Of a stretch of DNA of 64,000 bases, positions 1-14,147 are shown piece after piece. Origin of the DNA: the human T2T-CHM13v2.0 reference genome, Homo sapiens. The first letter of the stretch is position 1, and each line of letters opens with the position of its first letter. The translations under genes were made by a program, and so were the position numbers. The notes beneath the pieces were generated by a model. It ran no database searches. It was given only the letters and a program-made list of their open reading frames with translations, and was not told where the DNA came from. The stretch lies in assembly GCA_009914755.4 (NCBI GenBank), contig CP086569.2:28864001-28928000 (forward strand), written 5' to 3'.

Positions 1-3000
1 TATTCCATGCCACTTGATTGCATTGCATTCCATTCCGTTTGATTCCAGTCCATTCAGGAAAGTTCCATTCCAGTCCATTGCTTTCGAGTCCATTCCATTC
101 CACTCTAGTCTATTCCACTCCATTCCTTTCCATTCCATTCCATACTATTCCATTCCATTCCTTTGCTTTCCGTTTCCAATCTATTCGAGTCCATTGCATT
201 CCAGTCCAATCCATTCGATTACATTCTTTTGATTCCCTGCCAGTCGATTGCATTGCATACTAGACCATTCCAAACGATTCCATTCCATTCTATTTCAACA
301 CTTTCCATTCCACTCTCTTCGAGTCCATTCCATTCCAGTCCATTTAATTCAAGGGCATTCCATTCCATTCTATTCCATTTCCTATTATTCCATTCCATTC
401 AATTCCATTCGAGATGATTCCATTCCATTCTATACCATTGCTCTCTGTTCCATTCCATTCCATCTGTCTCCATTCCTTTCGTTTCGATTCCTTTCCATTC
501 CATTCCATTACATTTGATCCTATTTTATTAAATTGCATTCTATTCGAGTGATTTCCATTCGAGTCCTTAGCATTCGATTCCATTCCATTCTATTCCATTC
601 CTTTGGATTCCGTTCCGTTCCGTTCCGTTCACATCAATTCCTTGCGATTCCATTACATTCGATTTCTTGCCATTCGATTCCATTCCTTTTGACTCCATTT
701 CATTCGATTCCATTCCATTCCATTAATTTCCATTCCATTCGAGACCTTTCCATTGCAGTCTTTTCCCTTCGAGTCCATTCCGTTCGATTCCCTTCCATTC
801 GATTCCATTCCATTGGAGTCCGTACCAGTCGAGTCCATTCTATTCCAGTCAATTAGTTTCGACTCCATTGCATTCGAGTGCATTCCATTCCGTGGCTGTC
901 CATTCCATTTCGTTTGATGCCATTCCATAAGATTCCATTCAATTCGAGACCATTCTATTCCTGTCCATTCCTTGTGGTTCGATTCCATTTCACTCTAGTC
1001 CATTCCATTCCATTGAATTCCATTCGACTCTATTCCGTTCCATTCAATTCCATTCCTTTCGATTCCCTTTTTTTCGAGAACCTTCCATTACACTCCCTTC
1101 CATTCCAGTGCATTCCATTCCAGTCTCTTCAGTTCGATTCCATTCCATTCGTTTCGATTCCATTCCATTCCAGCCCATTCCATTCCATTCCATTCCGTTC
1201 CTTTCCGTTTCATTAGATTCCATTGCATTCGATTCCATTCAATTCAATTCCGTGCTATTCAATTTGATTCATTTCCATTTAATTCCATTCCATTATATTC
1301 CATTCCTTTCGATTCCATTCCTTTCGAATCCATTCCATTGGAGTGCATTCACTTCCAGAACATTCCATTCCAGTCGAATCCATTCGAGTACATTCCATTA
1401 AAGTTCATTACATTCTAATACATTCCATTCCATTGCATTCCATTCCATTCCTTTCGATGCCATTCGATTCCAATCCATGCCAAATCATTGCATTCCTTTC
1501 CATTCCGTTCCTATCAATTCCATTCCATTCGATTTAGTTCGATTCTATTCACTTCCATTCCATTCGATTCCATTCCATTGGAGTCAATTCCTTTCGACAC
1601 CCAGCCTTTCCAGTCAATGATTTTGGATTCCATTTTTTTGCATTCCATTACATTCTATGACATTCGATTCCGTTTCATTGCATTCCATTCCATACATTTT
1701 TATTCCATTCGAGACCGTAGCATTCCACTTTATTCCAGGCCTGTCCATTACACTACATTCCCTTCCATTCCAATGAATTCCATTCCATTCCAATCCATTC
1801 CTTTCCTTTCGCTTGCATTCCATTCTATTCTCTTCTACTGCATACAATTTCACTCCATTCGTTCCCATTCCATTCAATTCCATTCCATTCAATTCCATTC
1901 CATTTGTTTCCATTCTCTTCGATTCCATTTCTTTATATTCCATGCCATTCGATTCCATTCTATTGGATTGCATTACATTCGTGTTCATTCCATTCCAGAC
2001 CATTCCATTTGACTCCATTCCTTTCGAGCCCTTTCAATTTGAGTCCATTCTTTTCCAGTCCATTTCACTCCAGTCCATTACTATCCATTCCATACCATTC
2101 CATCCCATTCCATTCCATTCCATTGCATTCCATTGCATTCCATTCCATTCCATTCCATTGCACTGCACTCCATTCCATTACATTCTACTCTATTTGAGTC
2201 GATTTTATTGCATTAGATTCTATTCCATTGGATTACTTTCCATTCGATTACATTCCATTCATGTACATTCCATTCCAGTCAATTACATTCGAGTTCATTA
2301 CATTACATTCCAGTATATTCCATTGTATTCGATCCCATTCCTTTCAATTTCATTTCATTCGACTCCATTATATTCGATTCCATTCCACTCGAATCCATTC
2401 CATTAGAGGACATTCCATTCCAATGCATTCCATTCCATTCCATAGCATTCCAATGCATTCGATTCCATTCCATTTGATGCCATTCCATTTGATGCCATTC
2501 CATGACATTCCATTCCATTCGAGTCCATTCCGTTCCAATTCATTCCATTCCGTTTCATGAAATTCGAGTCCTTTCCAGTACATTTCATTCCAATCCCATC
2601 CAATCCAATCTACTCCATTCAATTCCTTTCCATTCCATTTGATTAGATTCCATTGATTTGATTCCATTCAGTTTGATTCCATTCCGTGAAATTTCGTTCC
2701 ATTCTATTCCATTGCATTACTTTCCATTCAATTCCATTCCATTTCATTTCAGTCCATTCGCTTCCTTTCCTTTCGATTCAATTCCATTTGATTCCACTCC
2801 ATTCTATACGATTTCATTCCAATCGATTCAATTCCATTCGATGACATTCCTTTCGTTTCCATTCCATTCGAGTCCATTCAATTTGAGCATTCGTGTCCAT
2901 TCTATTCGAGTCCATTCCATTACCGTCTATTCTATTCCCTTCCATTCCTGTTGATTCAATTTCATTCCCTTCCATTCGATTCCTTTCCATTCGATTCCAT

Positions 3001-3548
3001 TCCTTTCCATTCCATTCCATTCGTTCCCATTCCATGTGATTTCATTCCATTACAGTCCATTATATTCGAGTCCACTCCACTCCATTCTATTACATTCAAT
3101 TCCTTTTGAGTCCGTTCCATAACACTCCATTCATTTCGATTCCATTTCTTGCCAGTTTTCTTCCATTTTATTCCATTCCGTTCGATTCCATTCCTTTCGA
3201 TTGCATTCCATTCGATTGCATTCCATTCGAATCCTTTCCATTCCATTTCATTCCATTCCTTTCTATTCCATTCCATTTCATTCGATTTGATTCCATTCTG
3301 TTCTATTCCATTCAATTCTTTTTCATTCCATTCGAATCCTTTCTATTGCAGTCCATTCCATTCGAGTCCATTCCAATCCCTTCCATTCCATTCCATTACA
3401 GTCCATTCCAATAGATTCCATTCCTTTGCCTTCCATTCGAATCCATTCCATTCTAGTCCATTCCATTTGAGTCAATTCCATTCTATTCCTTTCCAATCCA
3501 TTCGATTCCATTCGATTCAATTCCATTTGATTCTCTTTCATTCTATTT
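1..3548 (+). repeat. HSat3 HOR unit 1 (3548 bp), variant class A; carries an extra 15-bp (3-pentamer) segment at about 1877-1891
   Basis: Anchor motif at 1 and 3549. ORF peptides at 14..232, 18..263 and others recur with offset 3548. GGCC (HaeIII) at 1738-1741. Confidence 0.8.
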
Positions 3549-6500
3549 TATTCCATGCCACTTGATTGCATTGCATTCCATTCCGTTTGATTCCAGTCCA
3601 TTCAAGAAAGTTCCATTCCAGTCCATTGCTTTCGAGTCCATTCCATTCCACTCTAGTCTATTCCACTCCATTCCTTTCCATTCCATTCCATACTATTCCA
3701 TTCCATTCCTTTGCTTTCCGTTTCCAATCTATTCGAGTCCATTGCATTCCAGTCCAATCCATTCGATTACATTCTTTTGATTCCCTGCCAGTCGATTGCA
3801 TTGCATACTAGACCATTCCAAACGAGTCCATTCCATTCTATTTCAACACTTTCCATTCCACTCTCTTCGAGTCCATTCCATTCCAGTCCATTTAATTCAA
3901 GGGCATTCCATTCCATTCTATTCCATTTCCTATTATTCCATTCCATTCAATTCCATTCGAGATGATTCCATTCCATTCTATACCATTGCTCTCTGTTCCA
4001 TTCCATTCCATCTGTCTCCATTCCTTTCGTTTCGATTCCTTTCCATTCCATTCCATTACATTTGATCCTATTTTATTAAATTGCATTCTATTCGAGTGAT
4101 TTCCATTCGAGTCCTTAGCATTCGATTCCATTCCATTCTATTCCATTCCTTTGGATTCCATTCTGTTCCGTTCCGTTCACATCAATTCCTTGCGATTCCA
4201 TTACATTCGATTTCTTGCCATTCGATTCCATTCCTTTTGACTCCATTTCATTCGATTCCATTCCATTCCATTAATTTCCATTCCATTCGAGACCTTTCCA
4301 TTGCAGTCTTTTCCCTTCGAGTCCATTCCGTTCGATTCCCTTCCATTCGATTCCATTCCATTGGAGTCCGTACCAGTCGAGTCCATTCTATTCCAGTCAA
4401 TTAGTTTCGACTCCATTGCATTCGAGTGCATTCCATTCCGTGGCTGTCCATTCCATTTCGTTTGATGCCATTCCATAAGATTCCATTCAATTCGAGACCA
4501 TTCTATTCCTGTCCATTCCTTGTGGTTCGATTCCATTTCACTCTAGTCCATTCCATTCCATTGAATTCCATTCGACTCTATTCCGTTCCATTCAATTCCA
4601 TTCCTTTCGATTCCCTTTTTTTCGAGAACCTTCCATTACACTCCCTTCCATTCCAGTGCATTCCATTCCAGTCTCTTCAGTTCGATTCCATTCCATTCGT
4701 TTCGATTCCATTCCATTCCAGCCCATTCCATTCCATTCCATTCCGTTCCTTTCCGTTTCATTAGATTCCATTGCATTCGATTCCATTCAATTCAATTCCG
4801 TGCTATTCAATTTGATTCATTTCCATTTAATTCCATTCCATTATATTCCATTCCTTTCGATTCCATTCCTTTCGAATCCATTCCATTGGAGTGCATTCAC
4901 TTCCAGAACATTCCATTCCAGTCGAATCCATTCGAGTACATTCCATTAAAGTTCATTACATTCTAATACATTCCATTCCATTGCATTCCATTCCATTCCT
5001 TTCGATGCCATTCGATTCCAATCCATGCCAAATCATTGCATTCCTTTCCATTCCGTTCCTATCAATTCCATTCCATTCGATTTAGTTCGATTCTATTCAC
5101 TTCCATTCCATTCGATTCCATTCCATTGGAGTCAATTCCTTTCGACACCCAGCCTTTCCAGTCAATGATTTTGGATTCCATTTTTTTGCATTCCATTACA
5201 TTCTATGACATTCGATTCCGTTTCATTGCATTCCATTCCATACATTTTTATTCCATTCGAGACCGTAGCATTCCACTTTATTCCAGGCCTGTCCATTACA
5301 CTACATTCCCTTCCATTCCAATGAATTCCATTCCATTCCAATCCATTCCTTTCCTTTCGCTTGCATTCCATTCTATTCTCTTCTACTGCATACAATTTCA
5401 CTCCATTCGTTCCCATTCCATTCAATTCCATTCCATTTGTTTCCATTCTCTTCGATTCCATTTCTTTATATTCCATGCCATTCGATTCCATTCTATTGGA
5501 TTGCATTACATTCGTGTTCATTCCATTCCAGACCATTCCATTTGACTCCATTCCTTTCGAGCCCTTTCAATTTGAGTCCATTGTTTTCCAGTCCATTTCA
5601 CTCCAGTCCATTACTATCCATTCCATACCATTCCATCCCATTCCATTCCATTCCATTGCATTCCATTGCATTCCATTCCATTCCATTCCATTGCACTGCA
5701 CTCCATTCCATTACATTCTACTCTATTTGAGTCGATTTTATTGCATTAGATTCTATTCCATTGGATTACTTTCCATTCGATTACATTCCATTCATGTACA
5801 TTCCATTCCAGTCAATTACATTCGAGTTCATTACATTACATTCCAGTATATTCCATTGTATTCGATCCCATTCCTTTCAATTTCATTTCATTCGACTCCA
5901 TTATATTCGATTCCATTCCACTCGAATCCATTCCATTAGAGGACATTCCATTCCAATGCATTCCATTCCATTCCATAGCATTCCAATGCATTCGATTCCA
6001 TTCCATTTGATGCCATTCCATTTGATGCCATTCCATGACATTCCATTCCATTCGAGTCCATTCCGTTCCAATTCATTCCATTCCGTTTCATGAAATTCGA
6101 GTCCTTTCCAGTACATTTCATTCCAATCCCATCCAATCCAATCTACTCCATTCAATACCTTTCCATTCCATTTGATTAGATTCCATTGATTTGATTCCAT
6201 TCAGTTTGATTCCATTCCGTGAAATTTCGTTCCATTCTATTCCATTGCATTACTTTCCATTCAATTCCATTCCATTTCATTTCAGTCCATTCGCTTCCTT
6301 TCCTTTCGATTCAATTCCATTTGATTCCACTCCATTCTATGCGATTTCATTCCAATCGATTCAATTCCATTCGATGACATTCCTTTCGTTTCCATTCCAT
6401 TCGAGTCCATTCAATTTGAGCATTCGTGTCCATTCTATTCGAGTCCATTCCATTACCGTCTATTCTATTCCCTTCCATTCCTGTTGATTCAATTTCATTC

Positions 6501-7081
6501 CCTTCCATTCGATTCCTTTCCATTCGATTCCATTCCTTTCCATTCCATTCCATTCGTTCCCATTCCATGTGATTTCATTCCATTACAGTCCATTATATTC
6601 GAGTCCACTCCACTCCATTCTATTACATTCAATTCCTTTTGAGTCCGTTCCATAACACTCCATTCATTTCGATTCCATTTCTTGCCAGTTTTCTTCCATT
6701 TTATTCCATTCCGTTCGATTCCATTCCTTTCGATTGCATTCCATTCGATTGCATTCCATTCGAATCCTTTCCATTCCATTTCATTCCATTCCTTTCTATT
6801 CCATTCCATTTCATTCGATTTGATTCCATTCTGTTCTATTCCATTCAATTCTTTTTCATTCCATTCGAATCCTTTCTATTGCAGTCCATTCCATTCGAGT
6901 CCATTCCAATCCCTTCCATTCCATTCCATTACAGTCCATTCCAATAGATTCCATTCCTTTGCCTTCCATTCGAATCCATTCCATTCTAGTCCATTCCATT
7001 TGAGTCAATTCCATTCTATTCCTTTCCAATCCATTCGATTCCATTCGATTCAATTCCATTTGATTCTCTTTCATTCTATTT
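3549..7081 (+). repeat. HSat3 HOR unit 2 (3533 bp), class A
   Basis: Anchor motif at 3549 and 7082. The ORF set is near-identical to unit 1 and lacks the 15-bp segment (192-aa vs 197-aa artefactual ORF). Confidence 0.8.
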
Positions 7082-10000
7082 TATTCCATGCCACTTGATT
7101 GCATTGCATTCCATTCCGTTTGATTCCAGTCCATTCAGGAAAGTTCCATTCCAGTCCATTGCTTTCGAGTCCATTCCATTCCACTCTAGTCTATTCCACT
7201 CCATTCCTTTCCATTCCATTCCATACTATTCCATTCCATTCCTTTGCTTTCCGTTTCCAATCTATTCGAGTCCATTGCATTCCAGTCCAATCCATTCGAT
7301 TACATTCTTTTGATTCCCTGCCAGTCGATTGCATTGCATACTAGACCATTCCAAACGAGTCCATTCCATTCTATTTCAACACTTTCCATTCCACTCTCTT
7401 CGAGTCCATTCCATTCCAGTCCATTTAATTCAAGGGCATTCCATTCCATTCTATTCCATTTCCTATTATTCCATTCCATTCAATTCCATTCGAGATGATT
7501 CCATTCCATTCTATACCATTGCTCTCTGTTCCATTCCATTCCATCTGTCTCCATTCCTTTCGTTTCGATTCCTTTCCATTCCATTCCATTACATTTGATC
7601 CTATTTTATTAAATTGCATTCTATTCGAGTGATTTCCATTCGAGTCCTTAGCATTCGATTCCATTCCATTCTATTCCATTCCTTTGGATTCCATTCCGTT
7701 CCGTTCCGTTCACATCAATTCCTTGCGATTCCATTACATTCGATTTCTTGCCATTCGATTCCATTCCTTTTGACTCCATTTCATTCGATTCCATTCCATT
7801 CCATTAATTTCCATTCCATTCGAGACCTTTCCATTGCAGTCTTTTCCCTTCGAGTCCATTCCGTTCGATTCCCTTCCATTCGATTCCATTCCATTGGAGT
7901 CCGTACCAGTCGAGTCCATTCTATTCCAGTCAATTAGTTTCGACTCCATTGCATTCGAGTGCATTCCATTCCGTGGCTGTCCATTCCATTTCGTTTGATG
8001 CCATTCCATAAGATTCCATTCAATTCGAGACCATTCTATTCCTGTCCATTCCTTGTGGTTCGATTCCATTTCACTCTAGTCCATTCCATTCCATTGAATT
8101 CCATTCGACTCTATTCCGTTCCATTCAATTCCATTCCTTTCGATTCCCTTTTTTTCGAGAACCTTCCATTACACTCCCTTCCATTCCAGTGCATTCCATT
8201 CCAGTCTCTTCAGTTCGATTCCATTCCATTCGTTTCGATTCCATTCCATTCCAGCCCATTCCATTCCATTCCATTCCGTTCCTTTCCGTTTCATTAGATT
8301 CCATTGCATTCGATTCCATTCAATTCAATTCCGTGCTATTCAATTTGATTCATTTCCATTTAATTCCATTCCATTATATTCCATTCCTTTCGATTCCATT
8401 CCTTTCGAATCCATTCCATTGGAGTGCATTCACTTCCAGAACATTCCATTCCAGTCGAATCCATTCGAGTACATTCCATTAAAGTTCATTACATTCTAAT
8501 ACATTCCATTCCATTGCATTCCATTCCATTCCTTTCGATGCCATTCGATTCCAATCCATGCCAAATCATTGCATTCCTTTCCATTCCGTTCCTATCAATT
8601 CCATTCCATTCGATTTAGTTCGATTCTATTCACTTCCATTCCATTCGATTCCATTCCATTGGAGTCAATTCCTTTCGACACCCAGCCTTTCCAGTCAATG
8701 ATTTTGGATTCCATTTTTTTGCATTCCATTACATTCTATGACATTCGATTCCGTTTCATTGCATTCCATTCCATACATTTTTATTCCATTCGAGACCGTA
8801 GCATTCCACTTTATTCCAGGCCTGTCCATTACACTACATTCCCTTCCATTCCAATGAATTCCATTCCATTCCAATCCATTCCTTTCCTTTCGCTTGCATT
8901 CCATTCTATTCTCTTCTACTGCATACAATTTCACTCCATTCGTTCCCATTCCATTCAATTCCATTCCATTTGTTTCCATTCTCTTCGATTCCATTTCTTT
9001 ATATTCCATGCCATTCGATTCCATTCTATTGGATTGCATTACATTCGTGTTCATTCCATTCCAGACCATTCCATTTGACTCCATTCCTTTCGAGCCCTTT
9101 CAATTTGAGTCCATTGTTTTCCAGTCCATTTCACTCCAGTCCATTACTATCCATTCCATACCATTCCATCCCATTCCATTCCATTCCATTGCATTCCATT
9201 GCATTCCATTCCATTCCATTCCATTGCACTGCACTCCATTCCATTACATTCTACTCTATTTGAGTCGATTTTATTGCATTAGATTCTATTCCATTGGATT
9301 ACTTTCCATTCGATTACATTCCATTCATGTACATTCCATTCCAGTCAATTACATTCGAGTTCATTACATTACATTCCAGTATATTCCATTGTATTCGATC
9401 CCATTCCTTTCAATTTCATTTCATTCGACTCCATTATATTCGATTCCATTCCACTCGAATCCATTCCATTAGAGGACATTCCATTCCAATGCATTCCATT
9501 CCATTCCATAGCATTCCAATGCATTCGATTCCATTCCATTTGATGCCATTCCATTTGATGCCATTCCATGACATTCCATTCCATTCGAGTCCATTCCGTT
9601 CCAATTCATTCCATTCCGTTTCATGAAATTCGAGTCCTTTCCAGTACATTTCATTCCAATCCCATCCAATCCAATCTACTCCATTCAATACCTTTCCATT
9701 CCATTTGATTAGATTCCATTGATTTGATTCCATTCAGTTTGATTCCATTCCGTGAAATTTCGTTCCATTCTATTCCATTGCATTACTTTCCATTCAATTC
9801 CATTCCATTTCATTTCAGTCCATTCGCTTCCTTTCCTTTCGATTCAATTCCATTTGATTCCACTCCATTCTATGCGATTTCATTCCAATCGATTCAATTC
9901 CATTCGATGACATTCCTTTCGTTTCCATTCCATTCGAGTCCATTCAATTTGAGCATTCGTGTCCATTCTATTCGAGTCCATTCCATTACCGTCTATTCTA

Positions 10001-10614
10001 TTCCCTTCCATTCCTGTTGATTCAATTTCATTCCCTTCCATTCGATTCCTTTCCATTCGATTCCATTCCTTTCCATTCCATTCCATTCGTTCCCATTCCA
10101 TGTGATTTCATTCCATTACAGTCCATTATATTCGAGTCCACTCCACTCCATTCTATTACATTCAATTCCTTTTGAGTCCGTTCCATAACACTCCATTCAT
10201 TTCGATTCCATTTCTTGCCAGTTTTCTTCCATTTTATTCCATTCCGTTCGATTCCATTCCTTTCGATTGCATTCCATTCGATTGCATTCCATTCGAATCC
10301 TTTCCATTCCATTTCATTCCATTCCTTTCTATTCCATTCCATTTCATTCGATTTGATTCCATTCTGTTCTATTCCATTCAATTCTTTTTCATTCCATTCG
10401 AATCCTTTCTATTGCAGTCCATTCCATTCGAGTCCATTCCAATCCCTTCCATTCCATTCCATTACAGTCCATTCCAATAGATTCCATTCCTTTGCCTTCC
10501 ATTCGAATCCATTCCATTCTAGTCCATTCCATTTGAGTCAATTCCATTCTATTCCTTTCCAATCCATTCGATTCCATTCGATTCAATTCCATTTGATTCT
10601 CTTTCATTCTATTT
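7082..10614 (+). repeat. HSat3 HOR unit 3 (3533 bp), class A
   Basis: Anchor at 7082 and 10615. ORF translations are essentially identical to unit 2. Confidence 0.8.
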
Positions 10615-13600
10615 TATTCCATGCCACTTGATTGCATTGCATTCCATTCCGTTTGATTCCAGTCCATTCAGGAAAGTTCCATTCCAGTCCATTGCTTTCG
10701 AGTCCATTCCATTCCACTCTAGTCTATTCCACTCCATTCCTTTCCATTCCATTCCATACTATTCCATTCCATTCCTTTGCTTTCCGTTTCTAATCTATTC
10801 GAGTCCATTGCATTCCAGTCCAATCCATTCGATTACATTCTTTTGATTCCCTGCCAGTCGATTGCATTGCATACTAGACCATTCCAAACGAGTCCATTCC
10901 ATTCTATTTCAACACTTTCCATTCCACTCTCTTCGAGTCCATTCCATTCCAGTCCATTTAATTCAAGGGCATTCCATTCCATTCTATTCCATTTCCTATT
11001 ATTCCATTCCATTCAATTCCATTCGAGATGATTCCATTCCATTCTATACCATTGCTCTCTGTTCCATTCCATTCCATCTGTCTCCATTCCTTTCGTTTCG
11101 ATTCCTTTCCATTCCATTCCATTACATTTGATCCTATTTTATTAAATTGCATTCTATTCGAGTGATTTCCATTCGAGTCCTTAGCATTCGATTCCATTCC
11201 ATTCTATTCCATTCCTTTGGATTCCATTCCGTTCCGTTCCGTTCACATCAATTCCTTGCGATTCCATTACATTCGATTTCTTGCCATTCGATTCCATTCC
11301 TTTTGACTCCATTTCATTCGATTCCATTCCATTCCATTAATTTCCATTCCATTCGAGACCTTTCCATTGCAGTCTTTTCCCTTCGAGTCCATTCCGTTCG
11401 ATTCCCTTCCATTCGATTCCATTCCATTGGAGTCCGTACCAGTCGAGTCCATTCTATTCCAGTCAATTAGTTTCGACTCCATTGCATTCGAGTGCATTCC
11501 ATTCCGTGGCTGTCCATTCCATTTCGTTTGATGCCATTCCATAAGATTCCATTCAATTCGAGACCATTCTATTCCTGTCCATTCCTTGTGGTTCGATTCC
11601 ATTTCACTCTAGTCCATTCCATTCCATTGAATTCCATTCGACTCTATTCCGTTCCATTCAATTCCATTCCTTTCGATTCCCTTTTTTTCGAGAACCTTCC
11701 ATTACACTCCCTTCCATTCCAGTGCATTCCATTCCAGTCTCTTCAGTTCGATTCCATTCCATTCGTTTCGATTCCATTCCATTCCAGCCCATTCCATTCC
11801 ATTCCATTCCGTTCCTTTCCGTTTCATTAGATTCCATTGCATTCGATTCCATTCAATTCAATTCCGTGCTATTCAATTTGATTCATTTCCATTTAATTCC
11901 ATTCCATTATATTCCATTCCTTTCGATTCCATTCCTTTCGAATCCATTCCATTGGAGTGCATTCACTTCCAGAACATTCCATTCCAGTCGAATCCATTCG
12001 AGTACATTCCATTAAAGTTCATTACATTCTAATACATTCCATTCCATTGCATTCCATTCCATTCCTTTCGATGCCATTCGATTCCAATCCATGCCAAATC
12101 ATTGCATTCCTTTCCATTCCGTTCCTATCAATTCCATTCCATTCGATTTAGTTCGATTCTATTCACTTCCATTCCATTCGATTCCATTCCATTGGAGTCA
12201 ATTCCTTTCGACACCCAGCCTTTCCAGTCAATGATTTTGGATTCCATTTTTTTGCATTCCATTACATTCTATGACATTCGATTCCGTTTCATTGCATTCC
12301 ATTCCATACATTTTTATTCCATTCGAGACCGTAGCATTCCACTTTATTCCAGGCCTGTCCATTACACTACATTCCCTTCCATTCCAATGAATTCCATTCC
12401 ATTCCAATCCATTCCTTTCCTTTCGCTTGCATTCCATTCTATTCTCTTCTACTGCATACAATTTCACTCCATTCGTTCCCATTCCATTCAATTCCATTCC
12501 ATTCAATTCCATTCCATTTGTTTCCATTCTCTTCGATTCCATTTCTTTATATTCCATGCCATTCGATTCCATTCTATTGGATTGCATTACATTCGTGTTC
12601 ATTCCATTCCAGACCATTCCATTTGACTCCATTCCTTTCGAGCCCTTTCAATTTGAGTCCATTGTTTTCCAGTCCATTTCACTCCAGTCCATTACTATCC
12701 ATTCCATACCATTCCATCCCATTCCATTCCATTCCATTGCATTCCATTGCATTCCATTCCATTCCATTCCATTGCACTGCACTCCATTCCATTACATTCT
12801 ACTCTATCTGAGTCGATTTTATTGCATTAGATTCTATTCCATTGGATTACTTTCCATTCGATTACATTCCATTCATGTACATTCCATTCCAGTCAATTAC
12901 ATTCGAGTTCATTACATTACATTCCAGTATATTCCATTGTATTCGATCCCATTCCTTTCAATTTCATTTCATTCGACTCCATTATATTCGATTCCATTCC
13001 ACTCGAATCCATTCCATTAGAGGACATTCCATTCCAATGCATTCCATTCCATTCCATAGCATTCCAATGCATTCGATTCCATTCCATTTGATGCCATTCC
13101 ATGACATTCCATTCCATTCGAGTCCATTCTGTTCCAATTCATTCCATTCCGTTTCATGAAATTCGAGTCCTTTCCAGTACATTTCATTCCAATCCCATCC
13201 AATCCAATCTACTCCATTCAATTCCTTTCCATTCCATTTGATTAGATTCCATTGATTTGATTCCATTCAGTTTGATTCCATTCCGTGAAATTTCGTTCCA
13301 TTCTATTCCATTGCATTACTTTCCATTCAATTCCATTCCATTTCATTTCAGTCCATTCGCTTCCTTTCCTTTCGATTCAATTCCATTTGGTTCCACTCCA
13401 TTCTATGCGATTTCATTCCAATCGATTCAATTCCATTCGATGACATTCCTTTCGTTTCCATTCCATTCGAGTCCATTCAATTTGAGCATTCGTGTCCATT
13501 CTATTCGAGTCCATTCCATTACCGTCTATTCTATTCCCTTCCATTCCTGTTGATTCAATTTCATTCCCTTCCATTCGATTCCTTTCCATTCGATTCCATT

Positions 13601-14147
13601 CCTTTCCATTCCATTCCATTCGTTCCCATTCCATGTGATTTCATTCCATTCCAGTCCATTATATTCGAGTCCACTCCACTCCATTCTATTACATTCAATT
13701 CCTTTTGAGTCCGTTCCATAACACTCCATTCATTTCGATTCCATTTCTTGCCAGTTTTCTTCCATTTTATTCCATTCCGTTCGATTCCATTCCTTTCGAT
13801 TGCATTCCATTCGATTGCATTCCATTCGAATCCTTTCCATTCCATTTCATTCCATTCCTTTCTATTCCATTCCATTTCATTCGATTTGATTCCATTCTGT
13901 TCTATTCCATTCAATTCTTTTTCATTCCATTCGAATCCTTTCTATTGCAGTCCATTCCATTCGAGTCCATTCCAATCCCTTCCATTCCATTCCATTACAG
14001 TCCATTCCAATAGATTCCATTCCTTTGCCTTCCATTCGAATCCATTCCATTCTAGTCCATTCCATTTGAGTCAATTCCATTCTATTCCTTTCCAATCCAT
14101 TCGATTCCATTCGATTCAATTCCATTTGATTCTCTTTCATTCTATTT
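10615..14147 (+). repeat. HSat3 HOR unit 4 (3533 bp), class A; has the 1877-type 15-bp segment but only one copy of the 15-bp CCATTTGATGCCATT motif (about 13081-13100)
   Basis: Anchor at 10615 and 14148. The 105-aa ORF at 12842..13159 replaces the 110-aa ORF in units 1-3 (one MPFHL repeat lost). The 197-aa ORF at 12427..13020 matches unit 1. Confidence 0.8.
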
